Below, one piece after another: positions 25,904-38,550 of a stretch of DNA of 64,000 bases. The position numbers were made by a program, and so were the translations under genes. The notes beneath the pieces are model-generated. The model saw nothing but the letters and a program-made list of their open reading frames with translations, searched no databases and was not told where the DNA came from. Source of the stretch: Raillietiella orientalis (Eukaryota); the NCBI GenBank assembly GCA_036172245.1, contig JAYWIR010000008.1:4898001-4962000 (forward strand), written 5' to 3'. Every line of letters starts with the position of its first letter. Position 1 is the stretch's first letter.

Positions 25904-27570
25904 CTAGGAGGAGGGGGTGCGTCGCGCACCGCTTCTCCCTCCTCCATGGGGGCCGAGTCTTCGTCAGGGCCGTGCAGAGGAAGGGGGGTTTCACCCACCT
26001 GTACTTCCTCCTCCATGGGGGTCGCCAGCTGCACGGTGTCGAGAAATGAGAGATTCCCACCCTCGCCTCCCACGCTGCCGGCTTCCCCCTCGGGTGCCAG
26101 TTCATCCTCCTCCTTCTTGATCCGTATGCGCCTCCTGGGATTCTGGGACTTGCGTCCCGTCTTCTTTGGTGGCGCCTCCGTTGAGGAGGACGCACTTCCG
26201 GCATCCGGTTCGGCCTCACCTGCATCCGGAGCCTTCCTCGCGGCCGGCCTTCGTAAGCCCTTCCGGGAGTTCTTCTCACGGCCTTGCAGTTCTGCCTCGA
26301 GTTTTTCCACCGCCTGCTGGAAGGCGGCCTCCTCGATCGCGTCGAGCGCGGCGCGCGGTTCCCCCTCTGTTTCCCCAGAGGGTTCGCCATCGACCGTCGC
26401 GGCTTCGGCGGACGCGAGGGGGGGGATTGCTCCCCCGGTGGCGGCATCGAGTGCCTCCACACGCTCTAATTTTACCGAACAAGCGCGAAGTTTTTCGCGG
26501 CACGGTTTTTCGCGCTGCGTTTTTGTTTTCCCCGCGCTTCGTTCGGGACTCCAGGGCTTTCTTCTGGGCTGTACCGTCTGCCAGCCTTCGCCGTCGCCAG
26601 CGTCGTCGGGAGTGCTCTCAACCGACGTTTGCTGGGATGGCTTAGGGACTGGCATCTGGCTCCTCACGGCCTGCTTCATGGTATTCGTCTCTCCCGCCCG
26701 TTTCCTCTTTGCCTTTTTGGCAGCGGGAGGGACCGGGATTTCTCGTCTTGGGCACACCTTGCGGATGTGGCCCTTGTTTCCACATAAGTGGCATTGAATG
26801 TTAGGGCACCGTTTTTTTAAGTGCCCTGTAGCATCGCAATGGCCACAATATTTGGGCTTTCCCACGTACCAAACATCGACTTTTTCTTCGCCGATATTTA
26901 GTTTGTGGAGAAACCCACCATTCTCCGGTAGTGTGACGCGGGCAGCGGCCATCCCACTGAATAGCCTTCCGTACGTTCGGAAGACATTGGGTTTGGCCCA
27001 ATACGCGTGCACTCTACTGTGTTTTGACAACTCCTCATGGACGCTGGTTTTGTCCATTCGGAGTGATACGCCCGTGAGGTGGACCACGACGGAGCGGTCC
27101 TCCGTCACAGGGAAGATCCTGCGGCCGTCCACCGTAATGGGGGTGTTTAGCAGGCGCTGCGCTAGACTTGCCTCTCTGCAAGTCAGCTCAACTCGCTGCC
27201 CCTCACTAAGGACGGAGAGGCCCTCGAGGTCTTCCTCCCTCACATTCAGTCTTTGCAGCTCCATTTCAAAGGAGCATGCAATTTTCTCATCGAACACACT
27301 GCCTACCTTGTAGATCAGCGACGGTTTGTAGCCGCTGTCCTTGTAGGCAGTCTGCTCCGCTACTGCAGCCGGGGATGGTGCAGCAACGACGGCACTCCAA
27401 CTCCTCGCCGTTGGCGAAGAGGGTCGCGAAGGGGCGGCTGCCCCCGATTCCGATGGGGCAAGTGCCCCGGATTCCGTGAGGGCGGACGCCCCCACTTTCA
27501 TGGGTGGTGGAGAGCAAGTCGCCTCTCCTCCCCCAATTTCCATCGCGGTGTCCTCAGGCATTTCTGCCAT
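25852..27570 (-). CDS. LINE ORF1 (Gag-like, 572 aa, intact)
   Basis: Two CCHC knuckles (CGHCDATGHLKKRC, CHLCGNKGHIRKVC) after an RRM-like region, as in Tx1-type ORF1. Confidence 0.88.
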   Translation of the reverse strand: MAEMPEDTAMEIGGGEATCSPPPMKVGASALTESGALAPSESGAAAPSRPSSPTARSWSAVVAAPSPAAVAEQTAYKDSGYKPSLIYKVGSVFDEKIACSFEMELQRLNVREEDLEGLSVLSEGQRVELTCREASLAQRLLNTPITVDGRRIFPVTEDRSVVVHLTGVSLRMDKTSVHEELSKHSRVHAYWAKPNVFRTYGRLFSGMAAARVTLPENGGFLHKLNIGEEKVDVWYVGKPKYCGHCDATGHLKKRCPNIQCHLCGNKGHIRKVCPRREIPVPPAAKKAKRKRAGETNTMKQAVRSQMPVPKPSQQTSVESTPDDAGDGEGWQTVQPRRKPWSPERSAGKTKTQREKPCREKLRACSVKLERVEALDAATGGAIPPLASAEAATVDGEPSGETEGEPRAALDAIEEAAFQQAVEKLEAELQGREKNSRKGLRRPAARKAPDAGEAEPDAGSASSSTEAPPKKTGRKSQNPRRRIRIKKEEDELAPEGEAGSVGGEGGNLSFLDTVQLATPMEEEVQVGETPLPLHGPDEDSAPMEEGEAVRDAPPPPSVPPDKVAGAPLPLSQD

Positions 27571-29083
27571 GGGACACCGGCGCTCCTACACACCAGACAA
27601 AACCACCGAAAACCTTCGCACTAACTAGACCGCTGAGCAATGCCAAACCACCTCCGCTCCCTAGAAGGACACGGGGAAGTGTTAATGAAAGATGAAAGTG
27701 TTAATCCTTAACACTCGAACTAAAAGAATTCGGAATTTTCAAAATCTGTCTCTTTCGATGGCAATGTATCTTCGTCATAACTTCCGTGATCAAAAATGTG
27801 AATTTTTATTTGTGTTTTTTTTTTAAAAAAAAACATGTGCAAACTACTGATTAAACAGGTTATCGATAACAGTAGTTTTTCTTTTATTGCCAATCGAAGT
27901 AGTCATATGAGGAATGGAAAGTCTTCGGTATTTGATTAATCACTTTCGTTTTCGGTTTTCATACAAGCTGTAGCAACGGACGAGAATGTTGGTAATTTTC
28001 GAACGCCCATCAAAAAAAATAGTAGAGAATAGAAGATAGTAACAGAGAATCATCACATGAGAAAACAACGAAAAATTAAACTATAACAAAACCAGAGACG
28101 AAAGTAGATTCACGCAAAAGCAATTGTACTTTGATTTCAAGTTTTAAAAAAACCAAAAACAAAAGCAATGAGAACTTGCAGATCAGTTACATTGCACTAG
28201 ACGAGTGTTCTCGATCGGACGACCAAAATTGGTCGTAATCTTAGCAAAAAAATAGGAAAAGTAGAAGGGTACCAAGAAACATGATCTCAGGTTGCCAGTC
28301 AATCACCCACTACTGGAAAATTCGGATTGTATTCTTATTTTTGTTTTTTGCAGCTGCACTTTCCAACTAGTGTATTTTTCATAAGCTTACAACATTTAAA
28401 AACAAGAATAATAAAATGCCACCACAAATAAAAAAGGATGAAAATGATGGATCCATTCCTGAGCAGTTTTCTTTGCTTTTTATACTAACCAAAATACAAT
28501 TTTAAATTTCAGCTAACTGCCATATTTTATGAATAAAAATGCTTATTACTAGGAATATCTTCAGCTATTATTAACGGGTACACTTTATACTGAATGTTTT
28601 GAAACGTCATGGCAATGTCAATACCTGATTTTACAAATCGATCCTGTTTATGAGGGCAACTATTAAGCCGCTCAAATGATTGAATATTCAAGAATTAGTG
28701 ACTTGACGAAGATTCATGCACAAAAATTTGGTGTGTAATTGTTTTTATCTGAATACGCAACACGTAATTAGCATTCTGATGTCAAAACTTACAAGCTCTT
28801 CTGACAAACTTTCAATAAATCAAAACAATTATGTATGCGGAATTTAAGCTTGGTCCAGTTAATTTATTAGATTCCTCGTTGCACATTATATTTATAGAAT
28901 AAATGGAAAGAGAATGTTTTCTGGCTTCAGAGAGTAAATAAAAATGAAATTGCAATGAGGGACAACCTATCAACAATGTTTCAATTTTTAAATGTGAGGG
29001 CTTTTTTTTCTCTTTAGAAACTTTGATAGTATACACTACAGCATCGTTGCGGTGTTGAAAGCTCATATGTTGTTTCTTATCTT

Positions 29084-30423
29084 TCAATTCAACCATGATT
29101 TTTGCGAAGCTGTTTCACTTAACCTCAACTCCTCTAGGAGGTTATCTATTGTCAACTCAGAAAACTTAGGGTCTTTCGTGGGATCTTCGTAAGCTAAATC
29201 TTCTGATTCGTCCTGTACCTAATAATTGAAATCTCTCTTTTGAAGTTCATTATTTACCTGGGGAAAGAATCTTTCAAATGTTTTCTGCCACAATGATACG
29301 GTATTCAGTGTCTCACTAATTGCTTCGGAAGAATCGCAACCGGCAATAACGAACACCGGTTTAGTGTAATCCAAGCACATTGGTATACTAAAACTTAGAG
29401 ATATTTGTGAAGATCTCAGGGGTCTTACTTAATTTCTTTGTCATTGATATATGCCTCTAGTAACTTTTTCATACGCTTGATTAATGAAGGTATCTGTGTA
29501 CTGAAAAATATTAAACTTGCATTCAGGGTATAAGCTGCAAAACGGCAACCTCTACAAGTTATTTTCTTGGTATCACTGCTCAGTTCCTGGCACAAACTAA
29601 TGAAATCTGGGGCACGTGCAACATATGCATACCTGGAATGCATCGTACTTTCCTCCGACGAGGATAATTCTCATACCCAAGGAGCTCAGAAACTTGAAAT
29701 CGTGTTTCGTCACGTACTCATTTGAATTTTCATTACATTCGCGCGAGTTTTTGATTTTTTCTTCAAATGCAAAATATAATGTTTGCAAGGTATTCCAAAA
29801 TATGCTTGGCTTTGTTAAATCAAACATTATCAAAAGTATCATCCGATCTGCAGGTACACTCTTTAAAGGTATGTCTATAAGCTGAGAATACTTAGTGCCA
29901 CCAGCTAGCTCCCAAATATGGGTGACTTGTTTTCCCTAAGAGGATAAAAATAAAATCTGCGAGAAGAAAGGCCATGACAATAACCAAATGTCTGCCTTTA
30001 ACTGTTTCTTCCCGTTGGAAATAATAATCCAAGGCAGTGCCTGGTTTAATTTTCGATTTGCTACAGTCTGCAAGCAAGTGTATGAGTGTTGTCTTGCCCT
30101 ACAATATATGTAACAAGTTTCCAATCAATACAAGTGCTGTTTAAACTGTTAGGTGTCAGTTACCAACACCATTCTTCACGTGCAGATGGATTGTTCAGTT
30201 GTATCATTTTAAATGATGCAGCTGAACAATAACATGGCTGTGGGTTAAAACATAAAAGTGCAGTGTTTAATGTTACTCAGCTATTCTGCTGCCACCTATT
30301 ACAAACAAGGCTTTCTCCTGATATGTCACTTCAGCATTTCTCTGTGCATCAAGGGCTACGCTTAAGAGGCTGCCAGCACACTGCTCACTAAGTGAGTACA
30401 CATAACTCCATTCATACCTCCAT
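29084..30423 (-). CDS. DYNC2LI1: Cytoplasmic dynein 2 light intermediate chain 1, multi-exon; last exon tentative
   Basis: EKALFVIGGSRI|GKTT P-loop, KPGTALDY, HIWELAGGT, FDLTKP, LVGGKYD, CRFAAYTLNASLIFFS, DPTKDPKF; ATG GAG|gtatga first exon. Confidence 0.87.
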
Positions 30424-30607
30424 TTAACTTTGTGCATACCTCCAATCCATGCAAGCAACTGAGTATTCTTTTAGACAAAAAACTCTGAAAAGTGGGCAAA
30501 TTAGAATCTAACGCGTTACTTCTTCGCCCCATTCCCATTTAAACATTAAACAATTCCAAAACATCATGTTTTAAACGATGATGTAGTAATAACAGCAAAT
30601 ACTGCTC

Positions 30608-33409
30608 CTAGGTAGCTTTGTTCCAAATACATCCCATATCACAGAAATTTGAAGATGAAGCACCCAGTAAGTTCTGGAGATGTTCTTCATAAAAAATCAG
30701 TTCTGCTGTTACCATACTAAAAGAAATCCAGTTTCACACAGTATTAACTCCTGATGCAACTCCTGATTTACCCATGCTGTGGCCCTCCATTATTGGTAAT
30801 ACCCATTTGTGATAAACATTTGCCTATAGCAGCACAGAATTTGATGTGAAACTGTTCGAGTAGAAAGCAAACTTGAAAAAGAGGCAAAATACTGGAAACA
30901 GCTTCATGGAATTTGGTTAAATACTGGAGGATTGTGCGAAGCTGTGGAGATGGGATTGGGGGTCGAACCACCCACTGGCTCAATTGGGTATCAATGTTCT
31001 CCAAAAGTATGGAAACAAGCTTCTCTTTAATTTGACTGCTATGAGCCTAAAAATACAACTCCAAAATAAGCATGCTCAAATGCAATTTGAAAAACTCACC
31101 TCCATATCCAATACTACTTGATCTAGCTGTTGCACAGCAGAATGCTGTTTGTTAGTGGTTATCTTTACAATGCCCTTCTTCACTTCTGGCAGCAATACTT
31201 GGATCAGCTGCAAACTGCGTAGGCCTATGGCTAAATTGGTGGAGGTTACTGTGCGAAGACCAGCTGTGCGCACAGCTTCTGCTCCTAAAAGCTGCCGGAA
31301 CATTTGTGAGTTGAACTGCATGAGCAGATCTTCAAGTCGAAAAATGACATCACTAACTAACACTGGAACCTGATTCATTAACTGCCAGTATTCACACAGC
31401 ATTTGAAGCAGCATCAGCACTACGCTGAAGCATCCTGTCATTTAAATGCCTGGCTTTCTTTCTCACCTGCACAACACGAATTCCTCTTTTTGGAACACCA
31501 ATTTAGAGATGGTTTGTCGTGCATCATCCGTCTGTGCATTCCATAGTGATACTGAATTCCAGCTTCCTAAACACATTCAAATTAAGATGTGTGACATATT
31601 ATATAAACCTGCTTGAATCCCATCTACAAGTTCTTGAAACTCAACAGGAATCTCTGTCTGCCGCCATAGTTCATTCTGCAGCAGTAGCAGCAATTTGGTC
31701 CTTCTATCTTCATGAAAGCGGCTTATAAATCGATTCCCCTATTTTCAAAGAAAAAATGGGCAACTGAAGGGCAACCACATCCATCCACTTTACCACATCA
31801 TGGAGGGCCAAGATGAGAATATTAGTGTTCTGGCCACAAGTGAGTTCTGCCCATTTTGAGCATTCTTCTACAGACTGACTCAGTGTGACTAACCAGGTCC
31901 CTGGTTGCCGCTCCAGATTCCCTTCTTTGAAACGAAGGCTTAACAATTTGGCTAACTTTTCATAGGCAAAATCCATTACAGTAACCAGCAGTTGGCTAGC
32001 ATCACATTTCACTGTTGCATAGTCACCAGGTAGAAGAATGCCATCTTCTAGACTAGCCAAGTCTATTGAAACCAAATAGGATGGGTAGCTCACATTAGAG
32101 TAGCATCTGGTTCTTCCTCAGGACACAAAGCAAAATCAGCCAAGTGAAAGAAAAGCATCTGTAGCTCCTGTACTCTTTGCAGCAATGTTGCAATTCGAGA
32201 AGTCATTTTCTGGAAGACTTGTAACCATGTGTCTGCATCCAGCTGCTGCATCATGTGGTGCAATTTGGTATTTACTTTTGCTTCACTGTATTGAGGTGCC
32301 ATTTCCTTGCAAAGCTGAAGAGACTAATATCACTTTATTATTTTTCTATTTTACTGACCTCCAAAAGAAGACTCTGAACAATACAGCAAGCTTCTTCCTG
32401 GCAACATGCAATTAGAGCAAATTTCTTTTGTTTGTACATTCCCAAAATGAGACACTTGATTTTTTCCTAAACACATGGGATCCATAGGGATTAAACGTGG
32501 AGCAATGAAATGACGAACCAGTTCTGTGAAGTCTTGTTTCCCTTGCTCTCTCAAAGCCAGATTTACATATTTCAGTAATTCAGCATCTAGCATCTTTTCA
32601 ATCATCTTCTTCATTTCATCTAACTGAGAGCCTAAGTGCCTTAAAACAGAGCATTCTATGAAGTTAAACACTGCATCCAACCTGAAGCTGGAAACGCCTG
32701 TTAATTCTTGCCCTAGAATATTCTGGGTTGTTCCAATGAGATCAAAAGCTCCAACAAAATCCCACTGAGAGAGTAGAAGTTGCAAAGTAGGTTGAGCTTT
32801 TCTCACAGTGCTCATCAGCTTTAACTGTTTGTACATGTTTTAAGTAGCTTCATTCTTTGATTATACCTTATTCAAGACTAAATTATAATGGCTTCTTAGC
32901 ATGTTGAGCTGTAGTACTTTAAATGGACGACATACTAATATATCATGGATTCCATGCACTTTGCTTCTGATAAATAAAAATTCATGCAAGGACCTAACAA
33001 AACCATCACAATAACCTGACACAATGCAGTCTATTAAGTGTTTCTGCCAGCTGTGACATCAGTGAATCATGTGAGGCCATGGCATTAAAAAAAGCATCAG
33101 CTTTGAAGGCAATTTGTTCAGCAATCTGCATTTCCACTCCATCCAAGGTGTGAGTTAACTGAATAGACAATAACAACACTGAACTTTGTAATGTTTTCCC
33201 AACATTTACCTGTTCATGAACAGATTTGGAATTATTTAGTGCTATCCTTGGGAACAAAACCAAAGAATCAGTGCTGAGAAAGGGGAACACACTCAAAAAA
33301 ATGTTCTCTGAATTCAGATCAAATTGAGCTGAAAGAAAAACTTCAGGAATAGAATTAGCAGTCTGCTTTCTATCTGAAATTTCACAAATCATTAATAAAA
33401 TACAAACCA

Positions 33410-33444
<35 letters not shown>

Positions 33445-34463
33445 AGAAGAAGCTGCAACCAAAGGAAACGAACCACTGAGTGAAGAGGGCACAGTGTCAT
33501 TTTTGATCAGAGCTTTATCCCTATACTATTCATTAACGGACAAGTACATCATATTTTCAAAATTTTATGAAATTACCTTGCGAAGTTTTCTCAAGTACGA
33601 AACAAAGTGTTCCAATTTGACTGGAGGGAGATGTGCAGCATTAGGCACATTATGGTTTTCCACAAAGTCATGGCCCCAAGTTTTAATAAAAAAATCTTTC
33701 TGTTGTAATGAAATTATTTTAAATGTCAAATTTTATTCTTAACATATGAGAACTTCCTCTAACATTTTAAATTCTTCTTCTGTATTAAATCGGAAAATAC
33801 AAAAGTTACCTGCTTGGGTTTTGTAGGATCATTGAGAACAGTTGCTAAATTCTGAGATGATGCCAATGACCTCCAATTTTTGTGAATCTCGTACCGATTA
33901 AGTTGCTTTCTGTTACTATAGTCCATGTTTCCTGGATATAATACATGTTGCTTCAAAATATGTTCGGCATAATCCACATCATTAACACCTTCAACCGGAA
34001 GAGATGCACAAATCCCATTTAAACCATAATGGCAAACAAAAGAACCTCCTTCCTGAGAACAGTGAAATTGCTTTAGATGTCTAAAATGTTGCACAAAAAA
34101 AAAAAAAAAAAAATTAGAAACGTGCCCCTTCTGAAAGATGAAACACATGTCCTTAATCAAACACTTTCAAAACTTTAAATACAAGCTACTGAAATGCGGC
34201 ATGATTTCTCTATCGCAAGGAACATATCAACTTAAAAGGTAGAAAAATGACTGCCATGACACAGTTTCAAAGAAAACATGTTGGCTACAAATGTTAGAAG
34301 CAACATAAGTATGGTAAATGCATTCTTACTTGATGAATTCACATTTTGCGTAATATATGGGGGGTTCGTGTTTACAGAATTCACAAGCATGTAACTCTGA
34401 TTCATTGCTACGTTTCTGTTTATCAGGAATGTTACAAGACACTTCAAAGGATAATCTACTCAT
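30608..34463 (-). CDS. VPS54: Vacuolar protein sorting 54 (GARP subunit), multi-exon
   Basis: N-terminal CEFC..HLKQFHCSQEGGSFVCHYG Zn region, QNLATVLNDP, FFNAMASHD, QPTLQLLLS, FRHLGSQL, FNSQMFRQLLGAEA, NNGGPQHG, MVTAELIFY. Confidence 0.93.
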
Positions 34464-34559
34464 TTCTCAAAGCAGTTTTTCTATTCAAACATGGCAAGGT
34501 CCGATGAGGGCACCGTGAAATGGTCCGGATATCTCTGAGGATCAACAGCATTTCGATGC

Positions 34560-35050
34560 AGTGGAAAATGCAGCTGAAATGATTTTAGGAAATCAGCTCT
34601 TCCTGGCACACGGGGACACATGCTCCGCTTGAGGGCAACTGCACGGCAAGCCGCCAGCAAAACAGTCACTGGCTCGGTTGCAGCTCGTACCACTCCGTTA
34701 CCGTAGTGTACGTTCAGGGTGGTCACGTTCTTGTTTCACTTGACCCATTTTCTTGCTGCTGTTGATGTGAGGCATGTCCGGTCTACGTATCTTGGCTTCC
34801 CGCACACGGATTCGGTCGGGAGCTGGGCATCTTTGTACTTGACGGGACGTGTACCACCACCAAACGGGTGGCTTCTGGACCGCGGGGATTATTATTTAGA
34901 TGCGCCCCGACTTGTGAGGCTCTTACGGGGGAAAATTCGAAAACGAAATGCTTTTCCCTTTCTGAGGCCACTAACGTACACAGTGAAGCTTTCTCGTATC
35001 TGCTGGAAATCGCTATGAATTCGTTTCGTCACCTCTGGCGGCTGCAAAGT
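34560..35050 (+). mobile_element. Possible decayed LTR-retrotransposon integrase remnant
   Basis: GC-rich patch; translations loosely follow the integrase H..H zinc region and core (YYLD..RL..KRNAFP); frameshifted. Confidence 0.3.
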
Positions 35051-38000
35051 ACGAATGCTCAACTTCAGAAAAAGCAAAATGGCACGTTAAAAAAAAAAAG
35101 AACCATTCCTCCTTTGAGTTTGAAAGTACGGTTTCAGAGTTCCGTACGGCTTGTACACACGCACACACAGTCAGCAATTTCAGATCCAGATGGAAACACC
35201 GTAATGGGGGGGGGGGGGGGAGGGATGATACTTTGGAAATCCTATCGGCTAAGAATATTTTGACTTTAACTGAAAGGAAGGGCTAATAAAATTTCTTTTA
35301 ATATGAAGCATAAATAAATTTCTTTTGATATAAAACATATAAATTTCCATTGATGTCTATTAATAGAATTTAAAAAAAACAGCAACAACAACGGAAATCA
35401 TAAACAACAGCTATAACAAAAATTAAAACAGTTAATCATTCTCCACCCATGGAAAAAGGCGCACCTATGAAAAATAATTGATTACACAATTCCTTTTCGA
35501 TTTAATTGATACAGATTTAGGAAAAATCATGCTTTTTCTTGTCGCCCACCATTCTTCTCATCCGTAAAATAATTGGCAGATTGCAAACAGTTCCATCATT
35601 CGGACGTTTTTTTTTTTTCTTTTTCTCTTCTATTTTTCATCACATTGATTTTTCCCTCGGTGTCTACGCAAATGCACATGTAATTAGCTTTTCTTCTTTT
35701 TATTGCTATGCTGTTCAAGTCATCAAACTGCCCATCCCAATTACTTTCGTTTCTCTCCAGGACCATAAAGAGAACACTGGAGGAGTGCATATTTATTTTT
35801 GAGGACGAGAAGGCTCGGCCTGAAAATTTCTCCCATGCTTCCACCACATTCCGTGTCAACTGCTCTGCATCCAACTGCATCATTTTGTCTGTCCGCAATT
35901 ATGTACCCACAGTAGGCATTAGTCATGTGAAAATTACTGTTCATGACTTACAGAGATGCTGCAAAAATTTCTTATGCTTCCCAAGATTCAACAGCTTCTC
36001 AATCCCTGAACAGAAGAGAGAGAGAGAAAGAAAACAGGCGAGGCGATCCATAGCTGGTGTTGCATCTTTATTACATTGATCCCGGTGATCGCATGTCAAA
36101 AACACCATGATTCATTCAGGAAAATTCGGAGGCGAGTAGATTTTTCCTCGGTTTTGCACTTGTGCATATCAAAAATACATCTGCACTGTTGCAATCACGC
36201 CTCTGTTTTTTAATTAGTGGAGGCCACCGAAGAAGAAGAAGAAAAAACGTCTTAAAGTGACTGGAGCCGAACTTTTGACAACGGTGTCCCAATCCTCTCT
36301 ACGGTTCTCAAAATTTGCTGTGTATTCACGAGAAAACAGGTAAGCTCCACACATTCGTTTTCCCAGCAGGATCGTATCCCACGTGCGGATCTAAGATACA
36401 AACATATTACGCTGTCAAAGTCTATTTCTCCTGTTATGAAAGCCTGTCGAAAGACATGTTGTTTACGGATTCCGAAAAATCATCCAACAGCCTGTTTCCA
36501 CTCTGGGCTTCCATCTTAACGTCAGTTTCGCCGCTATAAGGAACTTACTTACTCCACCAGGAACATTCCTTTTGACCTTTTCTGGCACACCATCCGAATT
36601 GCCTGACACTTCCAATAATGCCTTATTATTATTATTATTATTTTAATGCTTAGCGGTTCTATGTTTCAGGCTCAAGATGCATTCGATTCGTGCTTCAGTC
36701 TGACTTCAGACTATTCTGGCACAAGAGTTCTAGTTTTGGACAGGTTGCTTTAAAATTGAACTCTCTCCCTAATGATGCTCTCTATCAAATATTGAAGAAG
36801 AAATTTTTTTATCCTTCCAATGCCATTCTTGATCAGGGGAAGCGTACCATTCTGGGTGATTTGGCCAAGATGCTGTTTCCATCTGTTGATTGACTGCACC
36901 CGTAGTACATAGGAAAAATCATTGCATTCTTCGCCTGAAACGCGCTTTCACGATTCATACCGATGCCTTCTCGTTGCCTTTCCTACCTCTTCATCGGCAT
37001 TCTGGAACTTTCTAGTTATTGCTCATCAGCGATGTACCACTAATTGCTTCAGAACCACTGTTTTCTCGTATCTCTCTTTCCCTTCTGATAGCAGGCTTCT
37101 ATTTTCCTCGTTTTTACTTTTACAGCATGTTGCACTTTGTATGATGAGAAAGTGAAAATAAATAGGAAAAAAAAAAAAGACTGTGGGATGCTTTCTTGTG
37201 TTACTTCGTTTGAGATGATGTTCTCATTTGGGTTCCTTATTATTGCACTACCTTGATCCTACTCCGAAAATATGTTCCTTCATGAAACAAGTGTAAAAAA
37301 AAATGTGCAAAAATGCATAAGAATGAACGAGGAGAGTATGAAGCCATGCTAATAGAAATGTGCATTACACGAAAGCAAGCACGCAATCAATTTAAGTTAA
37401 TAATGCTGACATTCATCAAATGCGAAATGCTACAAACAGACAACATACGTTGGGTACTTTTTATATTTTAGGCAAATCCAACATATTTCAAGGATGCATA
37501 TTGTAAGAAGAGACTTTAAGCATTAGGGGAACGGAAAAAAAAAAAAAAAAAAAAAAGCTCTTCCCTAGCAGGAAAAGCAGGGTTACGACTGTCGAGATTT
37601 GGTTTGGTGAAACCTTGCTTAGATCGTATGGTTTTCGAGCTGGAGTTTCTGGGTGAGCTGGAGTTTCTGGGTCCCTGTGGTGCTCCAGCTGAGCCTTTTC
37701 GATGTAGAAAAGCTGCCTCGATTGCGTGTCTGCAGTCCCGGAAACGATCGTTTCAAGTTCACGAATTTGCTTCCGATCAGACTGAAGCACCGATTCCAGA
37801 ATACGCTCGCCGGCCCCGCCCCGGGTTCATTGGGGGCTCGAGAACCTCGTGCCTCATGGTTCTGCCTCAACTGTCGCTTTCAGCACGGATAGGTTTCGTG
37901 ATTCCGTCACCCGATTGTGGACACGTTTCCCCGTGACCATAGCCAACAGTTGAGTGTTTGTATTTGTTTACTTGCTTTCATCATAGGGGGGCGGTCACCT

Positions 38001-38550
38001 TATGACAAGTGGAGAGCTTATCTTCGAAACACCATGGTCTGGCGATGATTGACAAACGCTTGCTCTTTGTCCTGATGTTGGATACTACTTCAGAGCATTC
38101 GGCAGCGTGGCTGTTTTCCCTGGCCATTCTTTTCCCGGAATGAAGGGGGAGAGAGTGCATGAAGTGTTTTCTGCGGCCACTTGAGTCGCGCCGACCAATG
38201 GTCGGCATAACACAGGGATGCCACTCTGTGCTGCAGGCTCCCGAACGCTGGAGCATTTCGTGACGGTCCCCCCGCGCCTGGGATGCGAACCCGAGAGGAA
38301 AATTCCCGATTCCCGAGCACTGCGGCTTTTTTTTTACAAGGAGCGTCGACTCGGAGAGGAGCAGTTGGAAGAATTTCTTGCAGCGTTCACGCAGCGACCT
38401 CGTTCGAAACAACGGGGGAACCGTCGCACTCCACTCTATTTTCATTTTTTTTTTTGCATGTGAAACAAAGGATTTACTGTTTACATACATAATAATGCAT
38501 ATGTTCCTGCAGGATCTCAAGTTAATACGAATAAAGCAAGTGTTTCTTAA

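Larger units (their letters stand above)
22058..27689 (-). mobile_element. Full-length L1/Tx1-clade non-LTR retrotransposon (~5.6 kb)
   Basis: Sharply bounded GC-rich insert with ORF1 + APE-RT ORF2; candidate 10-bp TSD AGATGAAAGT at 22048-22057 and 27690-27699; 3' end AATAAA + hairpin. Confidence 0.93.

Noticed and set aside
22243..27695. Long antisense and alternate-frame ORFs over the LINE (e.g. 25889-26797 +)
   Set aside because: Expected shadow ORFs of GC-rich coding DNA
35590..38450. Coding-looking minus-strand fragments and an 18-bp tandem duplication near 37638-37673
   Set aside because: No identifiable domain; interrupted frames
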